This document shows, in pieces, positions 1 to 10,618 of a stretch of DNA of 59,286 bases. Under the pieces are notes generated by a model. The model had not been told where the DNA came from, searched no databases, and saw only the letters and a program-made list of their open reading frames with translations. Position numbers and translations under genes: made by a program. The stretch comes from Nemertoderma westbladi (Eukaryota; Animalia; Xenacoelomorpha): contig JAUCBJ010004794.1 of the NCBI GenBank assembly GCA_032718475.1, forward strand, positions 1-59,286. Direction: 5' to 3'. Within the stretch, counting starts at the first letter, position 1; each line of letters opens with the position of its first letter.

Positions 1-506
1 TATGTACTACATTATGTAGTACGTATTTATTGTTATATTGGGGGGGGTTTCAGTAGGTTTTAGTTTTAGGTAGTAGGATTATGTACTTAATTAGGGTTTT
101 TGCTACGTACGGGTGCCAGGCTGGGGTCTTAAACCCCAGTCTGGCTCATTACTAGGGAATATTCATCCGCGCTACCGGGGTACATTAGACACAGATTAGC
201 AATATTGGTTCAGTTGGTTTGGTGACAAGAGTGGAAGGTGATATCGTTGTTTTATGGCACAGTTCTTTAGTAGTACAGATTCCTTATTCATTTTACGTAT
301 TCACTTATATTATTTTATCTTTTGTAAATGCATCTGATTTATTGTTTGTTATCTGTTTATATTCTGTCTATATTCTGTATTACTATGGTGCTGTGTAGGG
401 ATCGGCCTGCACAGACACCACACTGGAGCGTTTAGTTATCAGTTTCCTTTCCACCGGACGGGCGGGTTACCTGATTTGGGCGGTTCAGTGGGGAACTCAT
501 CATTAC

Positions 507-2545
507 GTGATATTTACGCCACTACACCAACCCATGACTGCTAGTTTAGACAACCTTAGTAGCTATCTTACCTCCAACAATTCCAATCTATCCACAGCTA
601 TTCCACATACGCTAACTCAAATGAAAGCACTATATCCAAACATTACAGACTCTACTATTAAGAATAAAGGTGTCTTTCCCTATAGCTATATCCAAAATAT
701 TTCCAACCTTCATGAAACCAAACTACCTCCTATTGCAGACTTTTATAATGATCTTAAACTCGAAGACTGTTCTATTCAAGATTATCAACGTGCACTCACT
801 GCTTGGGATGAACTTCAATGTCAGACTATCTATGACTATCTAATGGGCTATCTCTGTCTTTATATTACTCTCCTAGCTGATGTTTTCGAAGAGTTTCGTC
901 AACTCTGCCTAACTAACTATAGTCTAGAACCACTCCATTATTATACAGCACCAGGATTAACACATGATGCTGCTCTAAAATTCATAGATATTTCAATTGA
1001 GCTATTGAGTGATTCTTCCATTTATTCTCAATTTGAATGTTCTATCCGTGGAGGAATGGTTTTTATAAATTCGCATTTGGAGTTGGCCAATATCCCTGGA
1101 AAACCTGAATATGACTCTTCCAAACCAGAAAAATATTTGATACCAGTGGATGCAAACAATCTTTATGGTCATGCTCTATCTCAAAAGCTTCCATATGCCA
1201 ACATCAAAAAAGTCACAATACCAATTGACTTGGCCACAATCGATGCTGATGGTGATACTGGATATTTTTGTGTAGTAAGCCTCGATTATCCAAAAAAAGT
1301 TCAAGATCTCACTATTGATATGCCATTGGGTCCTGAGAAGATGAGCGTACCATCTTCTCTTCTCAGCCCACATATGAAAAACCAGTGGGAGCATTATAAT
1401 ATTAGAGACGATGCTTCCTTCAAAAAATACAATGATGTATCCACCAAACTTTTACTTCATCAATTTCCTAAATATGAATATGGAGTTCATATTAAACTAT
1501 TACAATTTTATCTAAAAATGGGACTCAAAATTACAAAATTACAAAAATTCATAATATTTATTCATTTTCACAAAAATACATATTTAGAGACTATATAGCT
1601 TTTAATACAAATAAGCGACAATCTGCCAAAAATCCATTCGAAGTTCTGTTCTATAAGCTTTTAAATAATGCTCTATATGGGAAATGTTTGCAAAAAGTGT
1701 GTAATAGAATAAATTTTAGGCTAGCAACATCAAGCGAGGAATGTGAAAAATTGGTCGCTAAACCCAATCATGAGTCTTTTGTTGTATTTTCACCAAATTT
1801 ATCTGGACATACATTTTGCAAGGAAGCTGTAACTTTAAATCAAGCTGTATTGATTGGTACAGCTATCCTTGATCTCTCAAAATTGGAAATGTATGATTAT
1901 TTCTACTATAAAATTAAGCCTATAGAACAGCAATTAGGATGCCAAATTCGAGCTTGTGGTGGAGATACTGATAGCCTCATGCTTAGCATCACTAATACTT
2001 CACACGATAAATTTTTAACTGCAATGTATAATGGTGGGTTTTTAGATACTTCAAACTATGATACCTCATATCATCTATATACAAATAAATATAAAGCATC
2101 ATTAGGTTTTTTGAAGGATGAATCAAAAGGCTGTCTCTACAAATCATGGGTATTTTTAAAACCAAAAGTATACTCATTTGAAGCATATGATGCTCCTAAG
2201 AAAAAAACTTCAAAAGGTGTATCAAAAAGTGTTGTAGCAAAGCAAATTTCTCATCAAGATTATTTGGATTGCTATTTCAATGAAACTGAGCTGTTTCGGT
2301 ATACCAATGCCTTTAGATCGGACAAACATCAAGTAAAAACTGCCCGAATTCATAAGAAATCATTAACTTTATGGGAGACTAAACGTTGGTGGAAGGATAA
2401 AAATATCAGCTATCCCTATGGACACTATATCACAAAGTTAACTCGTCCCATTATACCTAAAACCATTGCTCCACAAGTGGTTTTAGGGCAGCAACATGGA
2501 CATGCCAGCAACTATGACAATGATAGTAATAATATCAACACATAA
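507..2545 (+). pseudogene. Protein-primed family B DNA polymerase (pPolB), 5'-truncated, one frameshift
   Basis: Motifs KGVFPYSY, YYTAPGL, IRGG, DANNLYGHAL, KLLNNALYGK (read upstream of 1688), GDTDS, PKVYS, KGV. An 8-nt duplication (aaattaca, ~1528-1543) shifts the frame between ORFs 507..1598 and 1688..2545. Confidence 0.93.
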
Positions 2546-2568
2546 AACTAATAATAGAAAACTCATAA

Positions 2569-3157
2569 TCATTCTATTCTTCTATTTTTAGAATAACACT
2601 AAAAACTAATGATAATGCAACATTAAAGAAAGACAAACAAATCATTTCTTCTAAACTAAATCAAATTGTTAATCGACAATATTCTGCATACTGCTCTTCA
2701 AAACTAGATTTAATACAGTTATCTAAACAAATAGATGGTCATTTGGTAACAAAACCGAAAATGTTAATTTTTCGCAATCATGAGGCAACTTTTATGTTTT
2801 TTGAGAGTGGTGCTATAACAATCGTTGGCCTATGTAGTAATATACTTACTTTTACAAATTGATTACATAGCAAACCTTACCAGTTTGAAAATAGCAAATT
2901 TAAAACGAAATAGTGAAACCCGCATCATCTTTCTTGAAATCAACTTTAGAAAATGTCTTGAAAAATGTGGAAATTTTAAAATAAATAATGATAGCTTTCA
3001 CTTAGATTATAACCCTGAACTATTTTGTGGTATACGATGCTTCATAAATACGTCATATTTTAGTATTTTTCATACTGGTAAGATAGTATCTATGACTCAT
3101 CCAACTATGTTTGATAATGTATATAAATTATTTTGTAAATATATAATATGCAATTAG
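2569..3157 (+). pseudogene. TATA-binding-protein (TBP)-like gene inside the Maverick, frameshifted near 2850-2860
   Basis: The frame from 2662 reads QIVNRQYSAYCSSKLDLIQLS...MLIFRNHEATFMFFESGAITIVG (like TBP repeat 1). ORF 2825..3157 has DYNPELFCGIRCFINTSYFSIFHTGKIV (like TBP repeat 2, YEPELFPGL..LIFVSGKVV). Confidence 0.7.
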
Positions 3158-3628
3158 CATAATTTATATTTTGTTATTCAAACGCTAAATCTTATTGTAT
3201 TCTATATAAACTTTATTTATTAAATGAACTTTAGGAAATAATAATATGTAAATATGATTATCTTATAGACTTAATGTCTCCATTTCTTTATAGTAAATTA
3301 GGTTTTTGCTGACTCTTAAGTAGAAATAGCTTTAAATATACTATATTATATATAGCCAATTTTATCATATGCTTGATTAGTTTTGAATGAGAATTATTAT
3401 CTCAATTAAAGTCATATTTTTATGTAATCTTATGCATAAGGAGTAGCATTCATTATAGTAATTTGTTGTAATTATATTAATTTGATATTGGCTTAGTTAC
3501 TAATTGTTATCCTATATATAGCCTAATTCTATTTTTAAAAAATTCATATAGATTTTATATTTGAAAATTGTAATAAGCGCAAGAAAATATCAAACTTTTA
3601 ATAATAATGATAAACATTTTATAAAATA

Positions 3629-4264
3629 ATGGCTAGCAAATCTCATAACCCTATTGATGTACGATTTAGATTTGGAAGCACAATATTAATAGCAGGACCA
3701 TCTGGAAGTGGTAAAACAACATTTGTTGAAAAACTGCTTCAAAATAGGAAAACTATATTTGATACTCCTTCTAATAATATCATATGGTTCTATGGTCAAA
3801 CAAAACCTAACATTAGAGGGATAAATATAACTACATTAAATACAATTCCTGAAAATTTAAATGAAAATATTCAGAGAAATACAATATTAGTTTTTGATGA
3901 TCTTATGAGTGAGCTAGAAAGTTCAAAGCAAACTACACAATTATTCACCAAAATTGCTCGACATACACATTCTGTAGTTATTTTATTAACACAAAACTTA
4001 TATCAAAGAGGAGCAGAAGCAAGAACTCGTTCAATTAATAGTACATACTTTATTATTTTTAAAATTCCTAGAGACCAAACACAAATTCGTGTACTTTCAT
4101 ATCAGATGAATCCAACAAACCCTAAATTCTTAATTGATACCTTTCATGATGCAACTGCAGAACCATTTCATCCGTTAATCATTGATTTTCATCAGTTAAC
4201 AAATGATAATTATCGTGTTCGGGGGCATCTGTTTACACATAAACATTGTGTTTATTTACAATAA
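3629..4264 (+). CDS. Maverick DNA-packaging ATPase (A32/FtsK-like)
   Basis: Walker A GPSGSGKT, Walker B ILVFDDLM, ARH motif and LTQN; intact 211 aa. Confidence 0.95.
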   Translation: MASKSHNPIDVRFRFGSTILIAGPSGSGKTTFVEKLLQNRKTIFDTPSNNIIWFYGQTKPNIRGINITTLNTIPENLNENIQRNTILVFDDLMSELESSKQTTQLFTKIARHTHSVVILLTQNLYQRGAEARTRSINSTYFIIFKIPRDQTQIRVLSYQMNPTNPKFLIDTFHDATAEPFHPLIIDFHQLTNDNYRVRGHLFTHKHCVYLQ

Positions 4265-4445
4265 TGATAATAATATTGATCAATATATCATTCGGAAATA
4301 TTATTTTTTAATATCAATAATATGCTACTTTCTATCATTAATTAGTTTGTGTATATATTTTATGCAAATTTGTCACTTATAAGCGTATTAGTTAATAAAT
4401 ATTTGTTTTGAAGTTTTATATTCTTTTTTTAAATAAGTTAATAAT

Positions 4446-4787
4446 ATGAAGTCTATTATTCATAAGCATCGTTCTGAGTTGGAATTTTTGAAAAATAGCA
4501 CACCTCGTGCTCGAGGATTATTTATTAGAACACAAGCTAGTAATGAATTAATTCGTTTTCTCATCAATATCACATTAAATGTTTTATATGGAAATCTCAG
4601 ATTAAAAGCTTCCGATGCTAATAAACTAGCTCCATATAAAAGTCAAATGCGAAATTTTAAGAAGCATTCAAATATTAAGGATTATCGTAAGAAATTATCA
4701 CAGAAAGGGGGATTCCTTCCATTCCTTATTCCTTTAATAGTTGGAGCTGTAGAGGTAGCTACAACTATCGCATCTGCTGCATCATAA
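4446..4787 (+). CDS. Maverick PW-like basic virion core protein with adenovirus pX-like C-terminus
   Basis: Basic 113-aa ORF with LNVLYGNL and C-terminal QKGGFLPFLIPLI (protease-site-like xGG|F followed by a hydrophobic tail). Confidence 0.75.
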   Translation: MKSIIHKHRSELEFLKNSTPRARGLFIRTQASNELIRFLINITLNVLYGNLRLKASDANKLAPYKSQMRNFKKHSNIKDYRKKLSQKGGFLPFLIPLIVGAVEVATTIASAAS

Positions 4788-4789
4788 CC

Positions 4790-4963
4790 ATGTCATTTCA
4801 TAAAATGTATCTCATAACACCAGAACAACATAATTTATTAGAACAACAAAAATATACTAAACCTATTCCATTACAAACAAAACTCTTAAAAAATATCAAG
4901 AAGATGAAGAAAAAGAAGAAAGAAGAAGAAGAAGACACTCAAGAATTCAAAGCAAATAACTAA
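4790..4963 (+). pseudogene. Truncated PZ-like ORF remnant
   Basis: Starts 2 nt after the PW stop as MSFHKMYLITPEQ. The KMYL.P start and the position between PW and integrase resemble Maverick PZ; it stops after 57 aa. Confidence 0.45.
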
Positions 4964-5118
4964 TAAAAAACATATCAAAACAATAAACGACATTGCTTTT
5001 TTGAACTATATATAAATAGTAGTAATAATATTAATAATAATAATAATAATGTCTTGGTTTAAGAGATTGAAAATTAATTGTGATTGTGTGTGTAATTGTA
5101 TAAGTCAAAAACGTAGTT

Positions 5119-6186
5119 ATGACCAAAGTGATGGCGAACCAACGAGATCGTCGGCTAGCTGCTGTTTACTACAATATTTCAAACACTGCAGGGTTTGGTG
5201 GCGTAAAAGCACTAAGCAAAGCGAGCGGGTTGAAGCAAAGTATTGTAAAAAATTGGCTAGCGAGTCAACCGACCTACACTCTTCATAGATCAGCTAGAAG
5301 GCATTATCCCACTTCTAGAATGTTTTTTTCGGGCATAAGAGATACTATACAAACAGATTTGGTTGATATGCAGAAATATAGCAATATTAATTCTGGTTTC
5401 AATTATATTATAACAGCAATTGATTGTTTTTCAAAACAAGGTTGGGCATTACCACTAAAACGAAAAACAGGGAAAGAAATTAAGGATGCTTTAGAAATAA
5501 TTTTTTTGGATGGAAAACCACGTCATTTAGTGAGTGATCAAGGACTTGAATTCAATAATCGCATAGTACTAACTTATCTAAAGAAAAATAAGGTGAATTA
5601 TTATACAACTCGATCCCAATTCAAAGCCGCAATTTGTGAACGTTTTAATCGTACTTTAAAGTCACGGATGTTCAAAATATTTACTCGTAGAAGAAATACT
5701 AAATGGGTAGATATCCTTCCTAAAATTATTAATACATATAATAATACATTTCATAGATCAATAGGAATGAAGCCTTTATAAGTAAATAAGCAAAATCAAG
5801 CTATAGTGAGACTAAACCTTTTTGGTACAGTTAAGAAGCTCTCTAAACCAAAGTTGAAAATAGGTGATAGTGTACGACTTAATATTGCTAAACATGTATT
5901 TGAAAAATCATATATTGGGAACTGGACAAATGAAATTTTTAAGATAAAACGTATTAGAAGAGATCGTCTTCCATATCCAATGTACCATGTAATAGATTCT
6001 GTTGGTAGAGATATTGAGGGCACCTTCTATGAAGAAGAACTTCAACTAGTGAAGCAAGCTACAGATATTTTTCCAATTGAAAAAATAGTTAAAGAACGTA
6101 TAAAAAACAAAAGCAAGCAATATTTAGTCAGATTCAAAGGTGATAAGCGAAATAAATGGATTGACGCTAACCAATTACGAAAATAA
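5119..6186 (+). pseudogene. Retroviral-like (rve) integrase with C-terminal chromodomain-like region; one in-frame stop at 5779-5781
   Basis: DDE motifs QTDLVDM, SDQGLEF, CERFNRTLK. ORFs 5119..5781 and 5806..6186 share a frame separated by a single TAA. C-terminus IEKIVKER..QYLVRFKG..KWI. Confidence 0.93.
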
Positions 6187-6282
6187 GTTTTAATTTTTGA
6201 TGAAGCTGAATTTTAAATTATGTACAATTATCAGTTATAAATGATTTACAATATTTATAATTATGAATATAATTACCAAAAA

Positions 6283-7688
6283 ATGAATAGTTATATTACA
6301 TTATTTTCTAATGGTCCAACTTCGAGATTCCCCAATAATTCATTAAGTTCATTTATAGTTGAGCTTCCATATAACATTTGCACTTATATTGGAATAAATA
6401 TTAATATTACCACTAAAGAAATCACAAGCTTTTTGAACGAATAACGTATCTTCATCGAGCATCATAGAACGGTTTATTTGCAAATATCCATTTTGTTTAA
6501 TAACTTGGAAACGTTTTTTACTATAGTAATTTTCTTCTTCCAACCCCAACAAACCTAGCATTTGAATCAATTTATCACTATGAAAGCGTATACGTTTGAT
6601 TTTTTTCAAAAAGTGAAGCAAAATATTATTATATAATGTATTAAATTGAATTTTTACTCTCATATCTAAACCACTCGCATTCAATTGTTCAATCAAGGTT
6701 TCTATATTGTCATAGCAACCGGCAGGTAATATATATCTCTTTATTTTTCCACGAACTCCTTGTGTAGTAATCAGAGTATCATTAATATTATACATTGAAG
6801 CCAAGTAAGTAATTTCAGATATTCCTACCATCCACATCCCACTCAAACGTAATGGTTGTGATAATTCTACATTAAAATTTGATGGTTTATTCTGTGGAAA
6901 ACTTTCAGGTGATGAATTAGAAGGTAAATATAAAACAGTTTGCTGCATTATTATTTATTTTTTTGACGTAAGTGTAAGGTGATTAGAGTGAATCCTGCAT
7001 TAAATAGCAAAAGTTCTCCTTTTTCGTTTCGTATCTCAACTGTTATTTGATTACTAATATTATGTGCTATAGGTCTATAATAAACTTTCCTAAAATCACT
7101 TGAGATTATCTTATTTTGATGAAGTGTAATAGGAAATGTACGTAATAATGGTGCGGTTGTATTGCCAACAATTGTATGAGATGTTATATCGCTATATATG
7201 AATAAATTTTGTCTTCCTCTGACCAAATCACATGGAAAAGGGCTAATTTTAGAAAAATCTTTACGTTGATTAGGTTTTTGTTTCAGTGATAAGTTACCTG
7301 TCTTTCCTATAGCAATGTTCCAATATTGATTCCACTCAACCTCAATATTATCTTTCATAAATCCATCAAAGCCTAATATAGTTTTTAAATCTCCAGTTAT
7401 TTCAAATGAAAAAAATCTTGAACAAGTTAGTTTAATTTTATTTGAAAATTTAATATACCTAATATTTATTGTTGTTTGAGGGTAAGCATATGCTTCAAAC
7501 GTTTCATTAATTTTTTGAATGATTGCTTCCATCCTTGAGTATAATCCTGGAGTAAATAAAGCAGCATTTCGAGGGCCATCTTTATAATAGAATATAAACT
7601 GTGATAATTGTTCAATGTTATAATATGAAGAAGAATATTGAATTTCAGATAAACCAACTTCTACATCTGATGACAAATATAATGTATT
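6283..7688. pseudogene. Minor capsid/penton paralog 1, split by inversion (6283-6369 on +, 7688-6951 on -)
   Basis: MNSYITLFSNG..FPNNSLSSFIVELP (+) joins in frame to NTLYLSSDVEVGLSEIQY...FIYSDI..VGNTTAPLLR..TLHLRQ (-), giving ~274 aa. Confidence 0.85.
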
Positions 7689-7905
7689 TATAGTAGGACA
7701 TCAATTGAAGCCATTATTGAGAACAATTCCATATGAAGGTGACTATGGGTCTTTGGTTCATCGTGAATTCAACAACATAAATTATGAGCCTGTTGATATG
7801 CAAAACATTGAAATAATAAGCATTCAGTTAAAAGATGATGAAGGAAAATTGATAGACCTCAATTCTGGGACTGTAGTTGTTACTTTAATATTAAAGCATC
7901 AATAA
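6370..7905. pseudogene. Minor capsid/penton paralog 2, split by inversion (6948-6370 on -, 7693-7905 on +)
   Basis: MQQTVLYLPSNSS..FPQNKPSNF..WMVGISEI...IYSNISANVI (-) joins in frame to VGHQLKPLLRTI...VVTLILKHQ (+), giving ~263 aa. Confidence 0.85.
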
Positions 7906-7971
7906 ACGTTGACTAAAACAAATCATTGTTTCTTCATTTTATATTACTAATTGATATTTTTAATCAAAAGA

Positions 7972-8529
7972 ATGTCAAGCGTTGATAATTACTTAGTTAA
8001 GGGTGGTTCATATCCTGAACCTACTGATCCTTTAGGAAAAAGAAGAATTGGTCAAACCACACCATATCGCCTTCTAATGCGCTATAAACAAGATGGTAGA
8101 GGGCGTGGAAATAGTAGTGGAAGTCTCCCTTATTTTCGAGGTGGTTTAAGAAATCGACGTTTGAATACACAAACTATCTATGCTAGGTATGGGCAGCGTG
8201 GTCGTGGATTATTTGGAAATATTGTAAAAATGGCAGCAAGAGTCATTCCAAAAATTGCTAAACCTGTTGCAAGAGCGGCTCTTCGTAAAGGAGTACCACT
8301 ATTAAAAAAATCGAGTAAAAAATTAGTTAATCACACATTACAACAAATTGCTAAAAGAACCAAACCATCAACTAAACGTGTAGCAAATAAAATAATTCGT
8401 GAGGTTCTTAATGCAAATGCATCATCAATAAACAAGCCACAAAAACGGAAAAAGAAAAAGATTACTAAATATTAAAGGAAAAGGCGTATGAAAGGTCAAA
8501 GACACGATTGTGATGATATTTTTGGCTAA
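7972..8529 (+). pseudogene. Maverick PM-like basic core/membrane-active protein, premature stop at 8473-8475
   Basis: QxGxG motifs (QDGRG, QRGRG) precede the amphipathic GLFGNIVKMAARVIPKIAK. The same frame continues past TAA to RKRR..DDIFG*, a typical DIF terminus. Confidence 0.65.
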
Positions 8530-8547
8530 TTCTTTCAAAATATAAAA

Positions 8548-9799
8548 ATGAGTGAAACAATTGATGAATTAAATTTATTCAGCAACTTTACTACTCAAAG
8601 TATTATTAATGAAAGTTTTGAACATGAAGTATATCCAATAACAACACTTGGAATTGGGACAAGTGTAATCGATTTTGTAATTGAAAAATCAGATGAATAT
8701 TACACTGTAGGAGGTGATACAACTCTACAATTAGTCTATGAAGTATCAACTACAGCTCGACCAAATAATGGTATGGTTTCAATAACACCATTAACCTTAT
8801 CAACATTATTCTCTAATATTAATGTATTGATTAATGAACGCCAGGTTGAACCAAATACCTCAAATTATGCTTACAAAGCATTTTTAAAGGCTGTTTTAGT
8901 TAATGATAGAAATACTAAAGAAACAATACTTACGGCAGCTGGATATGCAGAGCAAACTGCAAATGGAGTTCCTATTGTTTTTGAAAATGCTGAAGCGTTG
9001 AAAAGCTCACAATATCAAGTACAAGGATTATTATTTATTGATATCTTTGATCAAATAAAAGTACTGCCACCAAGAACAAGTGTTGGAATTACTTTAACAA
9101 GAGCACCTGATAACTTTAGTTTAACTTGTGGAGATGATATTGAAGGAGGTAGAGTAAATATTACAAAAGCTGTCTTAAAAACAAAACGAATAAAAATAGA
9201 AGATAGTCTCATGAAAGAACATGTTGATTTTCTACAGAGGGAAGATTTTATATATCCATTCATACAAAATGAAGTTACAACTTTTACAGTTGGTAATGGT
9301 CAGAGATCACATGTACGTGAAAACATATTTGCTGACAACAATACTCCGAGATTTATTATTTTGGGAATGATTCGTAATGATGCATATAATGGTATATATG
9401 GACGTAATTCAATGGCATTTCAGCATTTTGATGTTAATTTTTTTACAAATAACATTAGATGGAAAGGTTCTTAGTGGTGTTACTTATAAACCAAATTTTG
9501 CTGCCAATCAATATATAAATGAATATTTCGCTAGTCAGAATAACCTTACTTCAATTATTCGAGGTACTAGTAACGCAATTACCCCAACCAGCTTCCGTGA
9601 TATGTATCCTTTCTTTATTTGGAACCTTGCTCCAGATGGTTACTTAGATAGTGATGATTTCTTACCTAGACATGTTGGCAATGCAAGATTAGAGTTGCAA
9701 TTTGCTAATGCACTACCAGCAACAATAAACATTATTCTATGGATGGGATATGATAAGAGTCTCAATATAAGTAAAGATGGTAATGTAACTATCTTTTAA
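8548..9799 (+). pseudogene. Major capsid protein (double jelly-roll, PY), frameshift at a T run near 9440-9445
   Basis: ELNLF, TLFSNINVLIN..NYAYKAF, PRFIILGM..AYNG..AFQHF, then in the next frame G.ARLELQFANALP.TIN.I. The homopolymer shift could be a sequencing error. Confidence 0.9.
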
Positions 9800-9809
9800 A
9801 ATAGAAGAA

Positions 9810-10238
9810 ATGTTGAACTCATATGATTTAAATGAATATCCTGTTGGTAATCATTATAGAGGTTCTTTCCCAGTGGACAAGCTTCCTCAGTTAGATTCTA
9901 GAGAGATGAGCTTTATTAGCAATATTCAACCAAGCCACTTGCCTGGAACTCATTGGGTAGCTATATATGTATGTGATGGAAAAGGTGAATATTTTGATTC
10001 ATTTGCCCAATATCCAACTCCAAGAATTGAAGATTGGTTGGTTCGTAATACAATTGTATGGGAAAGAACACGTCAGATAATTCAGCATCCTTTTCGTACA
10101 AGTTGTGGTGGATATTGCTTATATTATTTATGTGAGCGTCCAAAAAATTTCAATCCATTGAAAATATTTAGTAGTGAGTTGTTGCATAATGAAAAAGTAC
10201 TAGCATGCTGGTTGAGAAGAAAGACTAAAAAGAGATGA
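9810..10238 (+). CDS. Adenain-like cysteine (maturation) protease
   Basis: PGTHWVA (His), YFDSF (Asp), IQH..TSCGGYC (Gln/Cys); directly follows the major capsid protein. Confidence 0.93.
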   Translation: MLNSYDLNEYPVGNHYRGSFPVDKLPQLDSREMSFISNIQPSHLPGTHWVAIYVCDGKGEYFDSFAQYPTPRIEDWLVRNTIVWERTRQIIQHPFRTSCGGYCLYYLCERPKNFNPLKIFSSELLHNEKVLACWLRRKTKKR

Positions 10239-10270
10239 TGTTATTTTATATATTATGTAATGTGTGTGTG

Positions 10271-10582
10271 TTAATTATATTTAATCATGTAGATGTATGA
10301 TGATGTGGAAGTAGGATGAAACAGATTCAAATGATGTTGGTTAGGAAGATAAACCGCGTTGTCTAATTTTTGTTTGAGGAAATTGATGCAATGCTCGACT
10401 CCAAAATTTGCTGAAAGCAAAATTTGGTTATGGGACTTCAAATTGGTTAATATTGTTTCACCATTTGCATAACGAACATGAATATGTGGTGCGATGCAAC
10501 ATTGAGGATGATTTGGTGATTGTCGCATTACATGAAACTTTTTGAAAAAATCTGACTTGATATTCATCCCACTTGTAAACAA
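10271..10582 (-). CDS. Hypothetical Maverick accessory protein (~100 aa)
   Basis: Open frame immediately downstream of the 415-aa ORF on the same strand; start uncertain; no motif recognised. Confidence 0.35.
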   Translation of the reverse strand: MFTSGMNIKSDFFKKFHVMRQSPNHPQCCIAPHIHVRYANGETILTNLKSHNQILLSANFGVEHCINFLKQKLDNAVYLPNQHHLNLFHPTSTSSYIYMIKYN

Positions 10583-10618
10583 TATTGTTTTAAATTTATT
10601 ATCTTTTTGTTTGTATGG

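Noticed and set aside
1-506. Retroelement 5' UTR or ribozyme (hairpin at ~116-144)
   Set aside because: A hairpin is present but no ribozyme core or coding motif could be confirmed.
6370-7692. Programmed invertible switch (phase variation) between penton genes
   Set aside because: Neither gene is intact in the present orientation, re-inversion at the TATA pair would leave paralog 1 frameshifted by 4 nt, and no recombinase or long inverted sites are present.
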